Of a stretch of 47,931 nucleotides of DNA, positions 29,801 to 38,470 are shown piece by piece (position 1 is the stretch's first letter; each line of letters starts with the position of its first letter). The notes under the pieces are model-generated. The model did not search any database. It saw nothing but the letters and a program-made list of their open reading frames with translations, and was not told the origin of the DNA. The DNA comes from a virus (lineage: Duplodnaviria; Caudoviricetes), in the IMG/VR virus record IMGVR_UViG_3300034349_000050, positions 1 to 47,931 of that record. One strand, written 5' to 3'. The translations under genes and the position numbers were made by a program.

Positions 29801-32800
29801 GAAAAAATAATCCGACCGTACATGAATACCTTAGACGGACGAATGAGTACTATAGATATCTTTCCAATAAACGCCAAGACTTGGATACTATAGATGATAG
29901 ACAAGAGATAGAGAGCTATCTTAATGAACGGTCCATCCTTAATAGCCAGCTAAAATACTACTATAACCTGAACGTTTTGACGGGGTCCCAGCTCATCGCG
30001 TATGGCCCGCAGGCAATGGCAGCAAGACTAATAACGATTCCAGAACTGGAAAAGATAGCGTCCTTAGCCAAGAACGCTGGTACTTTCAGAATGTCCGTTA
30101 CAGTCGCTGATAAGGCCGGAAATAAGCTCCTAACTAGTGACATAATTCCTGGTATCTACAAAGCGGCCGACGACGGGAGTTTCACGCTTGTAAGAAATCT
30201 CGACAATACCGCTGAACCTGGTTCGATCAAACTACAACGATACCGTGAACCAGGGACAAAAAACAAGATAGCCTATGATGCAGTCGACCCACTACCTCAA
30301 ATGAGGGAGATGAGTGATATACGGCTTGGTGCTAAGGATGAAGTTATCATAATCCCACTCGACCCAACTACTGGGGCGACACGTCAGGTCCAGGTAAACA
30401 CTCTTTCAGCTACTAATGAAACCGTCGTTAAGGCACAAGCCGAAGCTAAAGCGCAAGCTGGCGATATGGAAATTGCCTTCAGCACATGGCCAGCTATGCC
30501 AGCATCTGATGTCAATACCAGACCAGGTGAACCACACCTCAGTGATGCGCAGAGATTATCGCAGGCCATAACAGATCCAGCCGTAGCTAGTGGAGCAAAA
30601 CCTTTCCCCTTAGCGCCGCGTGTGTATGAGGATAATCTAGGTAAATGGTATGCCACGTTTGTTGAAAGAAAGAGCAGGAACGAACCAGACTACAGAAAAA
30701 TACTAATCAACAAGGTCTACCACTATTTTAGAGTAGAACGCGTAGAGCAAGCTCCGAGACGTGGTGCTGATATCAAGCAGCCTTGGGTTACATACCTTGG
30801 CACAGATTACAACACAGCTTTGAATACTGCGTATGCCGGTGGATCGCTTCCAACCGTAACAAGAGCTAATTTTGATAGAGAAAAGAAGCTGAAGCAACAA
30901 GAAATTGCCAATATGCCGCTTCGCAAGGCAATTTCCGATTACGTTGCTTCCATATCCACAAAAGCAGAAAACGCGCCTACAGTTGCTGAATATAATACAC
31001 TGCTTGGCCTGCTCGACCCGAGCACTTTCACGAGAGGGGGCGAGTTTAAGGCCCTTTATGATAGAATAGTAGAATTTCTTCCTAGGGTAATCGTATCTCG
31101 CGAGACTGGTAGAGTGCTTAGCAGGGAGTCCGACAAAGAAAAAGCCAAAAAGAAGCGCCAGGAGCTTTATCCAGACCTGCTTAATCCTGCCCAAGAACTT
31201 GCGGCAGTTAAGTTTTTTGTGGCTGAAGCCGCTAGATTAGCAGCCACGATAGAACCGGTCAAGAGTGCTGATCCAAGTCTTGTAAGAAACCAGATTAAAC
31301 TCACTCTTCCAGCAATCTATGATGACTTAAGCTCTGATAGATATTCATATAACGAGGCGCGTGTAGCCAGAGATATGGAGCGTTCTAGTCGAGCTACGAC
31401 TTTTATAGGAAGCCACGATGGTACAGCGTGGGCTGCGCACTACGCTAGTCTGTGGGGCAACAAAGTAAATACTGGGCAATATACCAAGGACGACATTGTT
31501 TTCGTTGTAGTAAATAGTCCTAGACTTGATGGAACGCACTTTAATGACGACACAGCTGAAGCGCATCACATAAAGAAATGCATCGAGGAAGCTGCTAAAG
31601 CAGGCGCTAAGTTCCTGTTCCCGAATATAAAACTTCTTTTGGCAGTGTCTGAAGATCGCGCCAAGGCGAGAGTAACAGGTAAACCAGCCACCAAGCTGGA
31701 GTATGCCGGTGAGTACGACGCGGCCACATTCCTAAATAAACTTGGGCTGGGTTACGCTATACCGACTGAAAAATCTGCTGATCCAACTCTTTGGGAGAAG
31801 GCTGAAACCGGTGTAAAGGCGAGTTCGTTGTTTAGTGCTAACGCAGACGCGGCTATAAATCTTGACCCTGATCCACATGCTACCAACTCTTTGGCTCACG
31901 TTGAATTACGTACCATGAACTCTGCACAAACTACTGCGGAGTTACAGAATGCGACGGACAGTCTTGGCTTCCTTGTAGGACACGCAGGAAAAACACCAAA
32001 ACTGATAAACGCAGAACTTATGTATGATGCACTGATACGAACTGGCATTCAGAAGAATATAGACCTTGCTGGGCAAATACTCGAATACGCTAGAACACAA
32101 GGTAGAAAAACCTGGGCCGATGAGAAAGGTGTCGTCCATACTAGAAAGGGTAGATTCGGAACAGGTACTCGTGGGGTAATGCTCCCGCAGTCGGATGGTA
32201 CTGTATTTATCTATGTCGCAGGTGGAAAGCATGATACGAAAGCTGCACAACTTGGTATTTTGGCGCACGAGCTCGGTCACTGGTTGATTGATGCTGAGTG
32301 GGCCCACCTAAATGATATTGGTGGCAACAAGGTACTAGCCGCTAAGATACGCGCTGCTGCCCTTGCGCACATGAGCAAGAAGAACATACCAGTTAGTGAG
32401 GCTGCATTCCATGAATGGTGCGCCGATAATATAGCTTCTTGGATTACGACTAATCCCGTTGTTCGTTCCGGCATGGACACATGGTTCAAGAGAGTAGCCG
32501 ATAACCTAAAGCGCATGTGGTCTAAAATAAGGGAGCTATTTGCTGGAGTTGAAGGACGCCAGACTGATGGAACCAACACCTTCCCGAAAGCTGATGCCAA
32601 CGTCGAAGAGTGGATGAACAGTCTGCTTAAGCTGAAGGATCCACAAGAGGTTGTGTTGGCATATGGTCCCGACAATCCAAGCGGTTCCGCTAGCACTATA
32701 AGCATAGTAGACAGAATCGCACAGCGAAAAGTTCGTCTTAAGAGATGGGCAGATACTGGAAATATGGACATTCAGGCTGTCGATGAAATAATTCCATACA

Positions 32801-35595
32801 TTAGGGACAATCTTGAGCGTTTACTTACACCAGGTGACGCACAAACTCTGCAGCGAGTTTCTCAAGAGCCGAACATGCAGCGGCGGCTGTCACAACTTCT
32901 AAAACCTGGAAGTAAAGCAGCACAAGCTGTCGCAGCGGACTATAAGACGGCAGCGGCATACGTTTATGTACTAACTAGCACTGGGGTCCTTGTACCTTCG
33001 CAGCAAGTACGTAGTATTCTGTCGACGTTAGGCGATCTGATAATGCAGAAGAACCGTAAGTCTCTTGAAGCCACGTCGGCCGAGAACGATGCAGTTATAG
33101 AGAGCTTTGCTAAAGCTGACCTCTATATACCTGCCACTGAGTCTCTGATTGACACAGACTCGATCGCACATAGACTTATTCTGGATAGATCCAAGCGGTA
33201 TGCAAAAGGTGCACTTGGCGCAGCACAAAAGACTACGCAAACATACAACGAACTTCTTGGTGGTTACTTAAACGTCCCGTACGGGCAAGTCCTTGCAACG
33301 GGTATTCCTTCCTTGATTAAATTTGCCAACACACTTCAACCTATGGCTTGGAACTTGGCTGGTTTCAAACCGCTTGGAGCAGGAGAAAGAGGAAAGGCGC
33401 AGTCACAAAGATGGTTTGTCGAAGCTGCTGACATAGTTGTGAAGCTAACCGAGGCGGGTAAAAAAGATCTTCTAGGTTTACTGTATCCACTAAAAGGTGG
33501 CGATACGCCTGTTGTACCTCCAAACGTTACCGCTGCCCATGAAAGAATAAAGAGACTCTTGGCAAAGATATTTGAATATGAGAATGATCCTGCGCTTGTT
33601 AAGTATTTAGCAGTTCCAAATCGTAAAGATTACTGGCCGATGATTCCTAAGAATGACTATATCAGAGACAACATGGATTCTACTGTCGCTCTGTATCTCG
33701 GAGAACAATCGTTCAAAGATGGTTGGGACGATGTAAAGGTTCACTACATCGACTGGATTAACTCCAACCAAGATCCAGGGGATGAATCCAATATAACTGT
33801 GGCGGTAGCAAAAGTAAAGGCTATGACTCAACCGGAGTTCGTTAAGTTCTATCTCGAACGTGATGATGAGCACCTTCTTCCAGGGTGGAGATTGCATCAA
33901 TTGAGATCAGGAGTGACTTCTACTCCAGGCTTTAGGTTCAAGAATCCACGGGAGCTTAACTTCTTACTAGGAAGTAAGGACAAGGCGACCCATGAAAGAG
34001 TGCTTGAGACCCTTGAAACTGATCCGACGGTTGTCCTGGCTAGGTATGCGCGTAATGCAACTAAGCGCGTTGAGTTTGCTCGCCTAGTATCAACATTACC
34101 TAAGCTACGAAAGAAAGATGCCACAGGTGAAATGGTGACTGACCCGTTGGGCAGTTTTGCTGGGCTGTGGCAACAAGTGGGATTAGAGGCTGAGGATTCT
34201 AAAGCTGCTGCCAAAGCTGTAGCTCTTACGATCAATTATGTTGACGCCGTCAATGGACAACTAGGTTTGAAACAGCGTGATGCTATTGATCATTGGCTGG
34301 AAGCGATGTACCCGAACAATCCTGAAGCTTGGGTGAGAGCTAACTTCCATTCGGGTGGCGGTCAGATCATGAACGAGAACTTGAACAACATCCGTTCTGG
34401 ACTGCATGCTTATGTCGACATAGTTCATCTTTCGCTTAATGCACTCACCAGTCTGGTAGATCCACTTGGAGTCCTAGTAAAAATGGGAGACGGGAAGGCA
34501 TTCATCAAAGTCATGAATGAGACGCGCGCCAGTTTGATAAACCAGTTTAAGGGAATGCCTCCAGGAGCAGTTGACTTGATGCTCAAGCAGGCAGGTGTTG
34601 AGAGTCACTCGTTCCAGAATGAAGACTTACAAGCCACTTATAATGGTCCAGAAACTGCTATGTGGGCCCAGAAGCTACTTGGCCAGTGGTTCAAGATGAT
34701 AGGTGTCGATGCCATAGGTAGAGGAACCTCTAAACTAGCTGGGCACGGATCAAACGAAAAGCTGATCGCTTGGGCTAAGGGCGCACAGGTAGGTGCTGCG
34801 GGTACTGCTGAAGAGCTTGCACGCCACGGTTTGACATGGGAGGATGTTCGCACGTCGACAGAAGCTGAACTTCTTGGTTACGGAGTAGAAGCAGCAGAAG
34901 CGAGAGAAAAAGCAGGGGAAGTTCTGCATCTTCTGACATTCGATGAATATTGTGCTGCTGTCGATGCTGGAGATACCAAAGAAATTGAGCGCGATCTGCG
35001 CGTCCGTGGAGCTATATTCCGCTTCGTTGAAGAAAGCCAAGTACGTCCTGGGGCTACTACGCGCTCGTTACCGATGAGTAATCCATATTTTAGCTTGCTG
35101 AGTATCTGGCGATCTTACATACTGGCTTTTGACAACCAGATTGGGAAACCTGCTTGGGCTAAGCTCGGAGAAGAAGGTAATGGATACCCACTGGCTTTCT
35201 TGATACTTGCTTACATCCCAGTGTTGTTGTTCGCCGAAGTTATACGAGAAGCAATCAAAATGGCATTTAGTGATAACGAGGACGAGGACGGAAACAAGAG
35301 TTGGACCCCACCGTATAGATCAAACTGGACATTTGGCGACTACATTGGGTACGCGGCGGGTAAAGCAGGACTTTATGGCCCTTCAGAAATCCCGATAGAC
35401 GCTATTAAAGCGACCGTCAACAGTGGAATGAGCAAAGGTATTGCGTCGGCTGGTGGAGTGCTAACAAGTGATATTTGGAAGTACGATCGGTATGGCAAAC
35501 TGCCTCTGCCTTTGCAGGATGCAACCTCCAACTGGAGCACAGCGAAAAGTAAGAAAGACAGCGACGTTGAATCATCTAGTATCAGAGCAGGCTAA
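23827..35595 (+). CDS. Giant polyvalent virion protein with a single-chain two-barrel (double-psi beta-barrel) RNA polymerase and a zincin-like metallopeptidase, candidate virion RNAP
   Basis: LQEGDIVILHRDPALP (HRDP at 28243) and AGDFDGDSG (DFDGD at 28387-28401). Upstream SDGTVGI (27451) and DKGIL (KG at 27562), downstream LAAKLGQASISAKK. HELGH at 32266-32280 with a downstream Glu (HEWCAD). Confidence 0.85.
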   Translation: MSNQVQYENPFSDDQELAERYAKGRASTEKDSAFLGALRGGVSSLKGTSVSALSAGAHAIGLDSVGSKLDRSAAKTMAQSQGESFLTPSLQDVNNAQSLGRWVAGNIASNIPLFGSLALGGAAGGVLGAATHGKRGLAKAIDKANTKELEKILEKDYGASASTARAAENLIKPADEKDFLKNAVSAGLSRVTLRSRIGSDIGSILPYAVQTSGENEQAYQNDPNSTATEKEKARMALKLGLAESIVGSYVSPMAVLQRFTKAEKAIDKAAKYSGLSKTEKSKMLAKAAAKEWLHAGVNESATELFEDSISQWGGRQLNPDLDYNVAQGIESGLAGGVVGGAMASPAALSAMHRARKTALDEEEQAFENSPEGTQQKIDALDTEVPESEKDFTFHLVRSDLLQTKAVRLLHTTTANPADIIQTFKDLKDAQAVAPTNINDKDKWIHNIARLEKASQDLLAAHPVELASFAHYAATPTTQPGSKPRGTPEEELHINGQVDKDLFVSLFLAQGNQELVDLAQGKDNLDVSTALQGNDEVEIDTATRGLALKLHRMYETMLHNPVDQELSTKLLTARNELFEKTGVVAIPFSPVEKKEQIAIFTAIKDTSKDPNIRVDAIERIVALSLNVPDHISDSLKLEERTRVLHPDVLPNSFFDTNHTESDSARHNRIDSAYNMAEAALEKNPDNPLLAAQVERLNSTLAQLEISEGKIRPSSSEEVLRTEKVELESKGKENLTPREQTRLLRINGALMQRARLTARGSTVSDEEAEEQRKSETVKKVEIQAKPQGLPSNHVLSSFPDKADDNAEFGYVGVDRSGYAIIKGKSGLRQYSIVRIPPTINELIGQPADSANPAIPPKPIYFGGTALEYGEAAEMIVKAHTEGKPLDYKAFYREAERQYHESRPLIPLDGHTPTPLMVRSDYEGNLIHIPSESDRISRRAPFVAIIPADPTGKIVIKHTRSGVLVEIPVNLEDLLIMKKKKADNSFTMANVREELPNVAKYNDKPISAESIGAALAEANKNRTEAMALAEAAGEEFDPNTPGTFVTAEEIFTLARHSFEFRGEWREVGTVVVKSGEGGAVFAEEATVDSDYYRANPILAEYNAIPVKITSEPGPEHMRLGVAEAVKYFYNLSERKVLLGTMDNKLFFVTPEKRQEFLDDYKLRDTLEGNINFLERIGTILKKESGDRKMHKVDHIKHLLNQDDGKGGLKHESDGTVGIIENAELTQGVMRRWVTDTSAPNRRGYWKVDKGILRSPLQFRDWKRAINTETGMVDLKALAASETLTEEQQALNAALQFGKKQTKTTDNGDAAEIEWYRMFPPASQRGGSVNYQQIMFSDNDRAIAYAKQDRARLSGISNAIDEIYADNPEVIRKIALGMSPADLISQEGPLKLLTQFKADTSRAYVFASEELLDALIPLDKKALTKIKGEFAIRYQRKYEGSRSECLLLPETYNEMNKIWRKRNNDRNLQEGDIVILHRDPALPDASSMAPFIFRGIATLQNDFGSHNRGIVVHSNATGWAEAAGDFDGDSGVLTYPDPNLIPAKQRQDTNAPGISFMKYGADKEEPYTKFIPVGAIIAFTKPGDTAVTRIEINADKSNLIIPDGVKMTNVTIQAPIMQRSIEDETGGVAEPEIMGHEKEIDLVGHIATIRATGFSQMIGNIMSLAQKAAEIGLLDKLVYIEKMDRHGNPVVNKATGLTEETHVTFAILAAKLGQASISAKKKAAFAEQAMKAYKKLTEFIDDNSPVERDPQTGQVLMRTIKHGPDKGKQVPIKGSYFIKLFRDISDAPIRSSESAKLLKALAVKNDALFFKQKGYTPQVFVKDGASPKGYWGKPVTKDECLEVAFMAALRVLRNYRNDRFRTLEDILRSTDKSPEVTSLQLQARALTIELRKTIDPVIAKELKTPFAVLQHTIKYYGGGIEAIIDPAGAIGSTWYALKPELKNSPNYFDNTPSMHIELAWRTIVLKKIFTAIDLFSSGGFNEALSAAAVKLSEESGKNNPTVHEYLRRTNEYYRYLSNKRQDLDTIDDRQEIESYLNERSILNSQLKYYYNLNVLTGSQLIAYGPQAMAARLITIPELEKIASLAKNAGTFRMSVTVADKAGNKLLTSDIIPGIYKAADDGSFTLVRNLDNTAEPGSIKLQRYREPGTKNKIAYDAVDPLPQMREMSDIRLGAKDEVIIIPLDPTTGATRQVQVNTLSATNETVVKAQAEAKAQAGDMEIAFSTWPAMPASDVNTRPGEPHLSDAQRLSQAITDPAVASGAKPFPLAPRVYEDNLGKWYATFVERKSRNEPDYRKILINKVYHYFRVERVEQAPRRGADIKQPWVTYLGTDYNTALNTAYAGGSLPTVTRANFDREKKLKQQEIANMPLRKAISDYVASISTKAENAPTVAEYNTLLGLLDPSTFTRGGEFKALYDRIVEFLPRVIVSRETGRVLSRESDKEKAKKKRQELYPDLLNPAQELAAVKFFVAEAARLAATIEPVKSADPSLVRNQIKLTLPAIYDDLSSDRYSYNEARVARDMERSSRATTFIGSHDGTAWAAHYASLWGNKVNTGQYTKDDIVFVVVNSPRLDGTHFNDDTAEAHHIKKCIEEAAKAGAKFLFPNIKLLLAVSEDRAKARVTGKPATKLEYAGEYDAATFLNKLGLGYAIPTEKSADPTLWEKAETGVKASSLFSANADAAINLDPDPHATNSLAHVELRTMNSAQTTAELQNATDSLGFLVGHAGKTPKLINAELMYDALIRTGIQKNIDLAGQILEYARTQGRKTWADEKGVVHTRKGRFGTGTRGVMLPQSDGTVFIYVAGGKHDTKAAQLGILAHELGHWLIDAEWAHLNDIGGNKVLAAKIRAAALAHMSKKNIPVSEAAFHEWCADNIASWITTNPVVRSGMDTWFKRVADNLKRMWSKIRELFAGVEGRQTDGTNTFPKADANVEEWMNSLLKLKDPQEVVLAYGPDNPSGSASTISIVDRIAQRKVRLKRWADTGNMDIQAVDEIIPYIRDNLERLLTPGDAQTLQRVSQEPNMQRRLSQLLKPGSKAAQAVAADYKTAAAYVYVLTSTGVLVPSQQVRSILSTLGDLIMQKNRKSLEATSAENDAVIESFAKADLYIPATESLIDTDSIAHRLILDRSKRYAKGALGAAQKTTQTYNELLGGYLNVPYGQVLATGIPSLIKFANTLQPMAWNLAGFKPLGAGERGKAQSQRWFVEAADIVVKLTEAGKKDLLGLLYPLKGGDTPVVPPNVTAAHERIKRLLAKIFEYENDPALVKYLAVPNRKDYWPMIPKNDYIRDNMDSTVALYLGEQSFKDGWDDVKVHYIDWINSNQDPGDESNITVAVAKVKAMTQPEFVKFYLERDDEHLLPGWRLHQLRSGVTSTPGFRFKNPRELNFLLGSKDKATHERVLETLETDPTVVLARYARNATKRVEFARLVSTLPKLRKKDATGEMVTDPLGSFAGLWQQVGLEAEDSKAAAKAVALTINYVDAVNGQLGLKQRDAIDHWLEAMYPNNPEAWVRANFHSGGGQIMNENLNNIRSGLHAYVDIVHLSLNALTSLVDPLGVLVKMGDGKAFIKVMNETRASLINQFKGMPPGAVDLMLKQAGVESHSFQNEDLQATYNGPETAMWAQKLLGQWFKMIGVDAIGRGTSKLAGHGSNEKLIAWAKGAQVGAAGTAEELARHGLTWEDVRTSTEAELLGYGVEAAEAREKAGEVLHLLTFDEYCAAVDAGDTKEIERDLRVRGAIFRFVEESQVRPGATTRSLPMSNPYFSLLSIWRSYILAFDNQIGKPAWAKLGEEGNGYPLAFLILAYIPVLLFAEVIREAIKMAFSDNEDEDGNKSWTPPYRSNWTFGDYIGYAAGKAGLYGPSEIPIDAIKATVNSGMSKGIASAGGVLTSDIWKYDRYGKLPLPLQDATSNWSTAKSKKDSDVESSSIRAG

Positions 35596-35596
35596 T

Positions 35597-35701
35597 ATGA
35601 GTGGGACTAAAGCGTGTAATAGGTGCGGTATTGAAAAGCCATTAGCAGAGTTCACTCGCAGTAAAAGCAATAAAGGCAGCAAAATCAACGCCGTCACTTA
35701 G
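35597..35701 (+). pseudogene. Truncated remnant of an HNH/EndoVII-type endonuclease N-terminal zinc finger
   Basis: MSGTKACNRCGIEKPLAEFTRSKSNKG matches the KxCxxCxxEKPLxEF start of such genes but stops after 34 aa, before the second CxxC. Confidence 0.6.
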
Positions 35702-35713
35702 AGGATAAATAAC

Positions 35714-36811
35714 ATGGTAGACTACGACACCTACAGAGATCCACTACGTGATCTTTCGGAAGAACAACTATATGCGTATGCCATGCGTATGAAACATCTT
35801 GGCTTCAGGTCGGGGGCTCTAGACCAACTAGATGCAGACGAGCTTTCCAGGTACGGCTTCAACCCTAGCAAGCTGCACGTTGCCCCTGGAGTTCAGGATA
35901 AATATGGCGTATACGGTTTAGCGATACCACCAAAAAAGGAATTGGATGGTATTAATATGCACGACTATGTCAATGGTAGCTATAAAGGTCTTGATTCAAA
36001 CATAGCGGAAAACGAGCATCTCGTCGGTGGTGACACCATACTTCTTACTAAACCCGGAGAGTCACTTGATAACTACGGTGGTACTATGCGCCACGAGGCA
36101 GATCATCAGGCTATGTATAACACTGGACTGAAGGATAATTCTCCTACAGGGTACGATGACGAAGAGGCTCTAGTACGATACATAGATCAACGTGTCCACG
36201 GTGATAACCAACCAGGAGATGCAACGGCTTGGTACGCAGCACGGTATCCCGACATCAGAGCACGAAAAGCTAAGATGGAAGAAGCCGCCAGAGCATATGC
36301 TAGGTTTGATGATGAGCGGAAAGCACGCGAAGCACAAAACTACCAGAGAAATGAACAAGCACAGCAGACTCTACAAACACCAGTAGAGCGCATGCAGTTC
36401 CTAATGGGTTCTGACGATCCGCAACCAAGACGGCAGATGGCTAAAGTGTACAACCAATATTACCCACCTCTTCAGTCTCCAGGTAGAGCACCTGTAGAAG
36501 AGGTAGCGCAAGCTGCATATAAACCTCCTCATGATATCTATCCCACAGATGATAAAGAACTATATCGTCCAACCGGAGATCGAGCTGTACCAAATGGTCC
36601 AAAGTATGCAAACGCCGGAGCCATACCTAGTGGTTACGCTGGAGGCGGGTGGGAGAACACTTTCAAAGAGAGTGATCCAGCTCCAAGAGTGGCTAGTAGG
36701 GGGTACGAGGAAGCCAACAAGACTTGGGCGGCTGATCCTACCATGCGGGGTAGAGCCGAAGGCGGCAAAACCTTCTACTCGTACAAAAGTCCTTTAGGAT
36801 CAACGGTGTAA
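35714..36811 (+). CDS. Zincin-motif (HExxH) protein carrying YxxPL tags at both ends
   Basis: GAGGA SD. MRHEADHQAM...DEEALVR. YRDPL near the N-terminus and YKSPL near the C-terminus. Confidence 0.7.
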   Translation: MVDYDTYRDPLRDLSEEQLYAYAMRMKHLGFRSGALDQLDADELSRYGFNPSKLHVAPGVQDKYGVYGLAIPPKKELDGINMHDYVNGSYKGLDSNIAENEHLVGGDTILLTKPGESLDNYGGTMRHEADHQAMYNTGLKDNSPTGYDDEEALVRYIDQRVHGDNQPGDATAWYAARYPDIRARKAKMEEAARAYARFDDERKAREAQNYQRNEQAQQTLQTPVERMQFLMGSDDPQPRRQMAKVYNQYYPPLQSPGRAPVEEVAQAAYKPPHDIYPTDDKELYRPTGDRAVPNGPKYANAGAIPSGYAGGGWENTFKESDPAPRVASRGYEEANKTWAADPTMRGRAEGGKTFYSYKSPLGSTV

Positions 36812-36977
36812 GCGTGTAAGCAAGATGTAATCTTGGAAAGTGTCGTAAGTCATTGATTTGCGCGCTCTTAGTAGAGAAAAGAAGTTGTAAGTAGTTTTCT
36901 AACAAAAGTTAAAGTTTTTTTTCTAAAAAACAATAACAAGCTACGGTTCTAGTTTAGTTGGTTTTTACATTACAAAT
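36806..36977. repeat. Non-coding ~170-bp element, copy 1 (TGTAA/TTACA repeats, IHF consensus, A/T tracts)
   Basis: Collinear with 43613-43787. GTGTAAGC x2, GATGTAATC, TAAGTCATTGATT (36846-36858) and TTACATTACAAAT. Confidence 0.9.
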
Positions 36978-36990
36978 CTCTGGTATAATA
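36969..36990 (+). promoter_or_regulatory. Putative promoter ATTACAAA-N4-TGGTATAATA
   Basis: Extended -10 at 36981-36989, matching 21901-21922. Confidence 0.6.
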
Positions 36991-37053
36991 TCTTCTAAAA
37001 TCAAGGCCGCAATAGTCGGCGACAACAGCCAAGCTGGCTAAAAAGAGGCAAAA

Positions 37054-37662
37054 ATGGCAATCGTGGTTAATGAAACAACAAAGAAATTACGCGCACTTGG
37101 CGGCCACTGGGCAGGAGCAAAGACTGAGTTCCTCGCCGGTGGCAAAGTTCACGTTACTGGTCTCACACATCCTGACTATGCGGAAAAGGGCCTGCACACT
37201 ACCGCTGACAAGCTCAAAGCTAGGTTAGCTAAGGACGCGCCGGCTAAAAAGAAGGCCCCATCTAAGTCCGGGAATGCTATTGATCAGTATACCGAATACG
37301 CTAACACACGTAAGGGCGAGGCTTATGAACCGCCGAAAGAAGGAACAAGAACCTCCAGGAAAACCGACCGCGCGCAATACGCAGAATACGCTGCATTGAG
37401 ACAGGGAGAAAAATTCAAGCCGCCTGCTACAGGCGACGTGCACGTACGTACGAAGCCACAAGAGCGCCCTGGGCCTCACCACGAAGGAGCCGAAGATGAG
37501 TATGACCGCGCGATGAAGGGAGAGCTCTCGGCTACGAAGCCCATTAGAGAAGCGAAGACGCCGCCAACAGTCGCAGAGGCGAATGCCCAAGCAAAAGCCA
37601 AGCCATCTCAACCAGGCGAGGTTAAAAAACCCCGGGCAAGAAAACCTAAGGCCGCTAGCTAA
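37054..37662 (+). CDS. Basic Lys/Ala/Pro-rich protein, possible DNA-condensing core protein
   Basis: GAGG SD. C-terminal KKPRARKPKAAS and an internal duplication QY.EYA..R.GE...PP. Confidence 0.65.
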   Translation: MAIVVNETTKKLRALGGHWAGAKTEFLAGGKVHVTGLTHPDYAEKGLHTTADKLKARLAKDAPAKKKAPSKSGNAIDQYTEYANTRKGEAYEPPKEGTRTSRKTDRAQYAEYAALRQGEKFKPPATGDVHVRTKPQERPGPHHEGAEDEYDRAMKGELSATKPIREAKTPPTVAEANAQAKAKPSQPGEVKKPRARKPKAAS

Positions 37663-37676
37663 ACTGGAATTAAGTA

Positions 37677-38426
37677 ATGAGCGATACTTACTTAGAGCGG
37701 TACCAAAACCCACTTGGAACTCAACCAGCGGGTAGACAGCCTATAAGATTAGACCCCACTGTTCAGCACAATGATAGTTACAGTGGTCCTAATACTCAAA
37801 GTATTATGTATACCCAACACCCACAGCCTGTTCAGTACAAAACTCTGATAAACGGAGAAGCTAGGGGTTTTAACTACGACATTCCTGAAATTGATAGACC
37901 AAGAGAAACCAGGCCGAATGCTTTTCAGCGCATAGGAGACAAACTGCGAGCTAACCCAGGATTAACCTCTCTTGGAGCAATGAAGGCAACAGGTATAACT
38001 CCTGAGGGGTATAATGCTATGATGGCTGCGAGGCGCTACAAAGCTTCTCAATACCCTGCCGAGGGCTTGCTGGAGCATGCGGCTGACTTCATAGGTAATC
38101 TAGGAGGAGACACATCTGATCCAATCGGCTGGTATTCAGCCGGAAAAACGATGACTCCTGGAGGTGCTGGAGGTGCTGGAGCAGCATACTCTTCGGTTAA
38201 ATCGGCTCTATCTGATACCCTGGAAGGGAAGTCACCTAACTTCGCCAGGGCCGCGCTAGCGGGAGTTGCCGGATATAGCGGGGCCAGAATTGGCGACAAG
38301 AGCCTTAATAGAGCCCTGGGCCGAAGCTCAGGCAGTATAGGAGAGATAGCAGGAAGATCAATGGCCGGGAACTGGCTTGAGAGTGTGCTGGGTGATGCTT
38401 CAGCAAGCGTTATACCAAGGCAATAA
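37677..38426 (+). CDS. Gly/Ala-rich protein with an N-terminal YQNPLG tag
   Basis: 249-aa ORF with a glycine-zipper-like C-terminal half. Confidence 0.7.
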   Translation: MSDTYLERYQNPLGTQPAGRQPIRLDPTVQHNDSYSGPNTQSIMYTQHPQPVQYKTLINGEARGFNYDIPEIDRPRETRPNAFQRIGDKLRANPGLTSLGAMKATGITPEGYNAMMAARRYKASQYPAEGLLEHAADFIGNLGGDTSDPIGWYSAGKTMTPGGAGGAGAAYSSVKSALSDTLEGKSPNFARAALAGVAGYSGARIGDKSLNRALGRSSGSIGEIAGRSMAGNWLESVLGDASASVIPRQ

Positions 38427-38470
38427 ATAACGAGGCTTAGCCTCACAACACCAACCAAGAGGATAAGACC

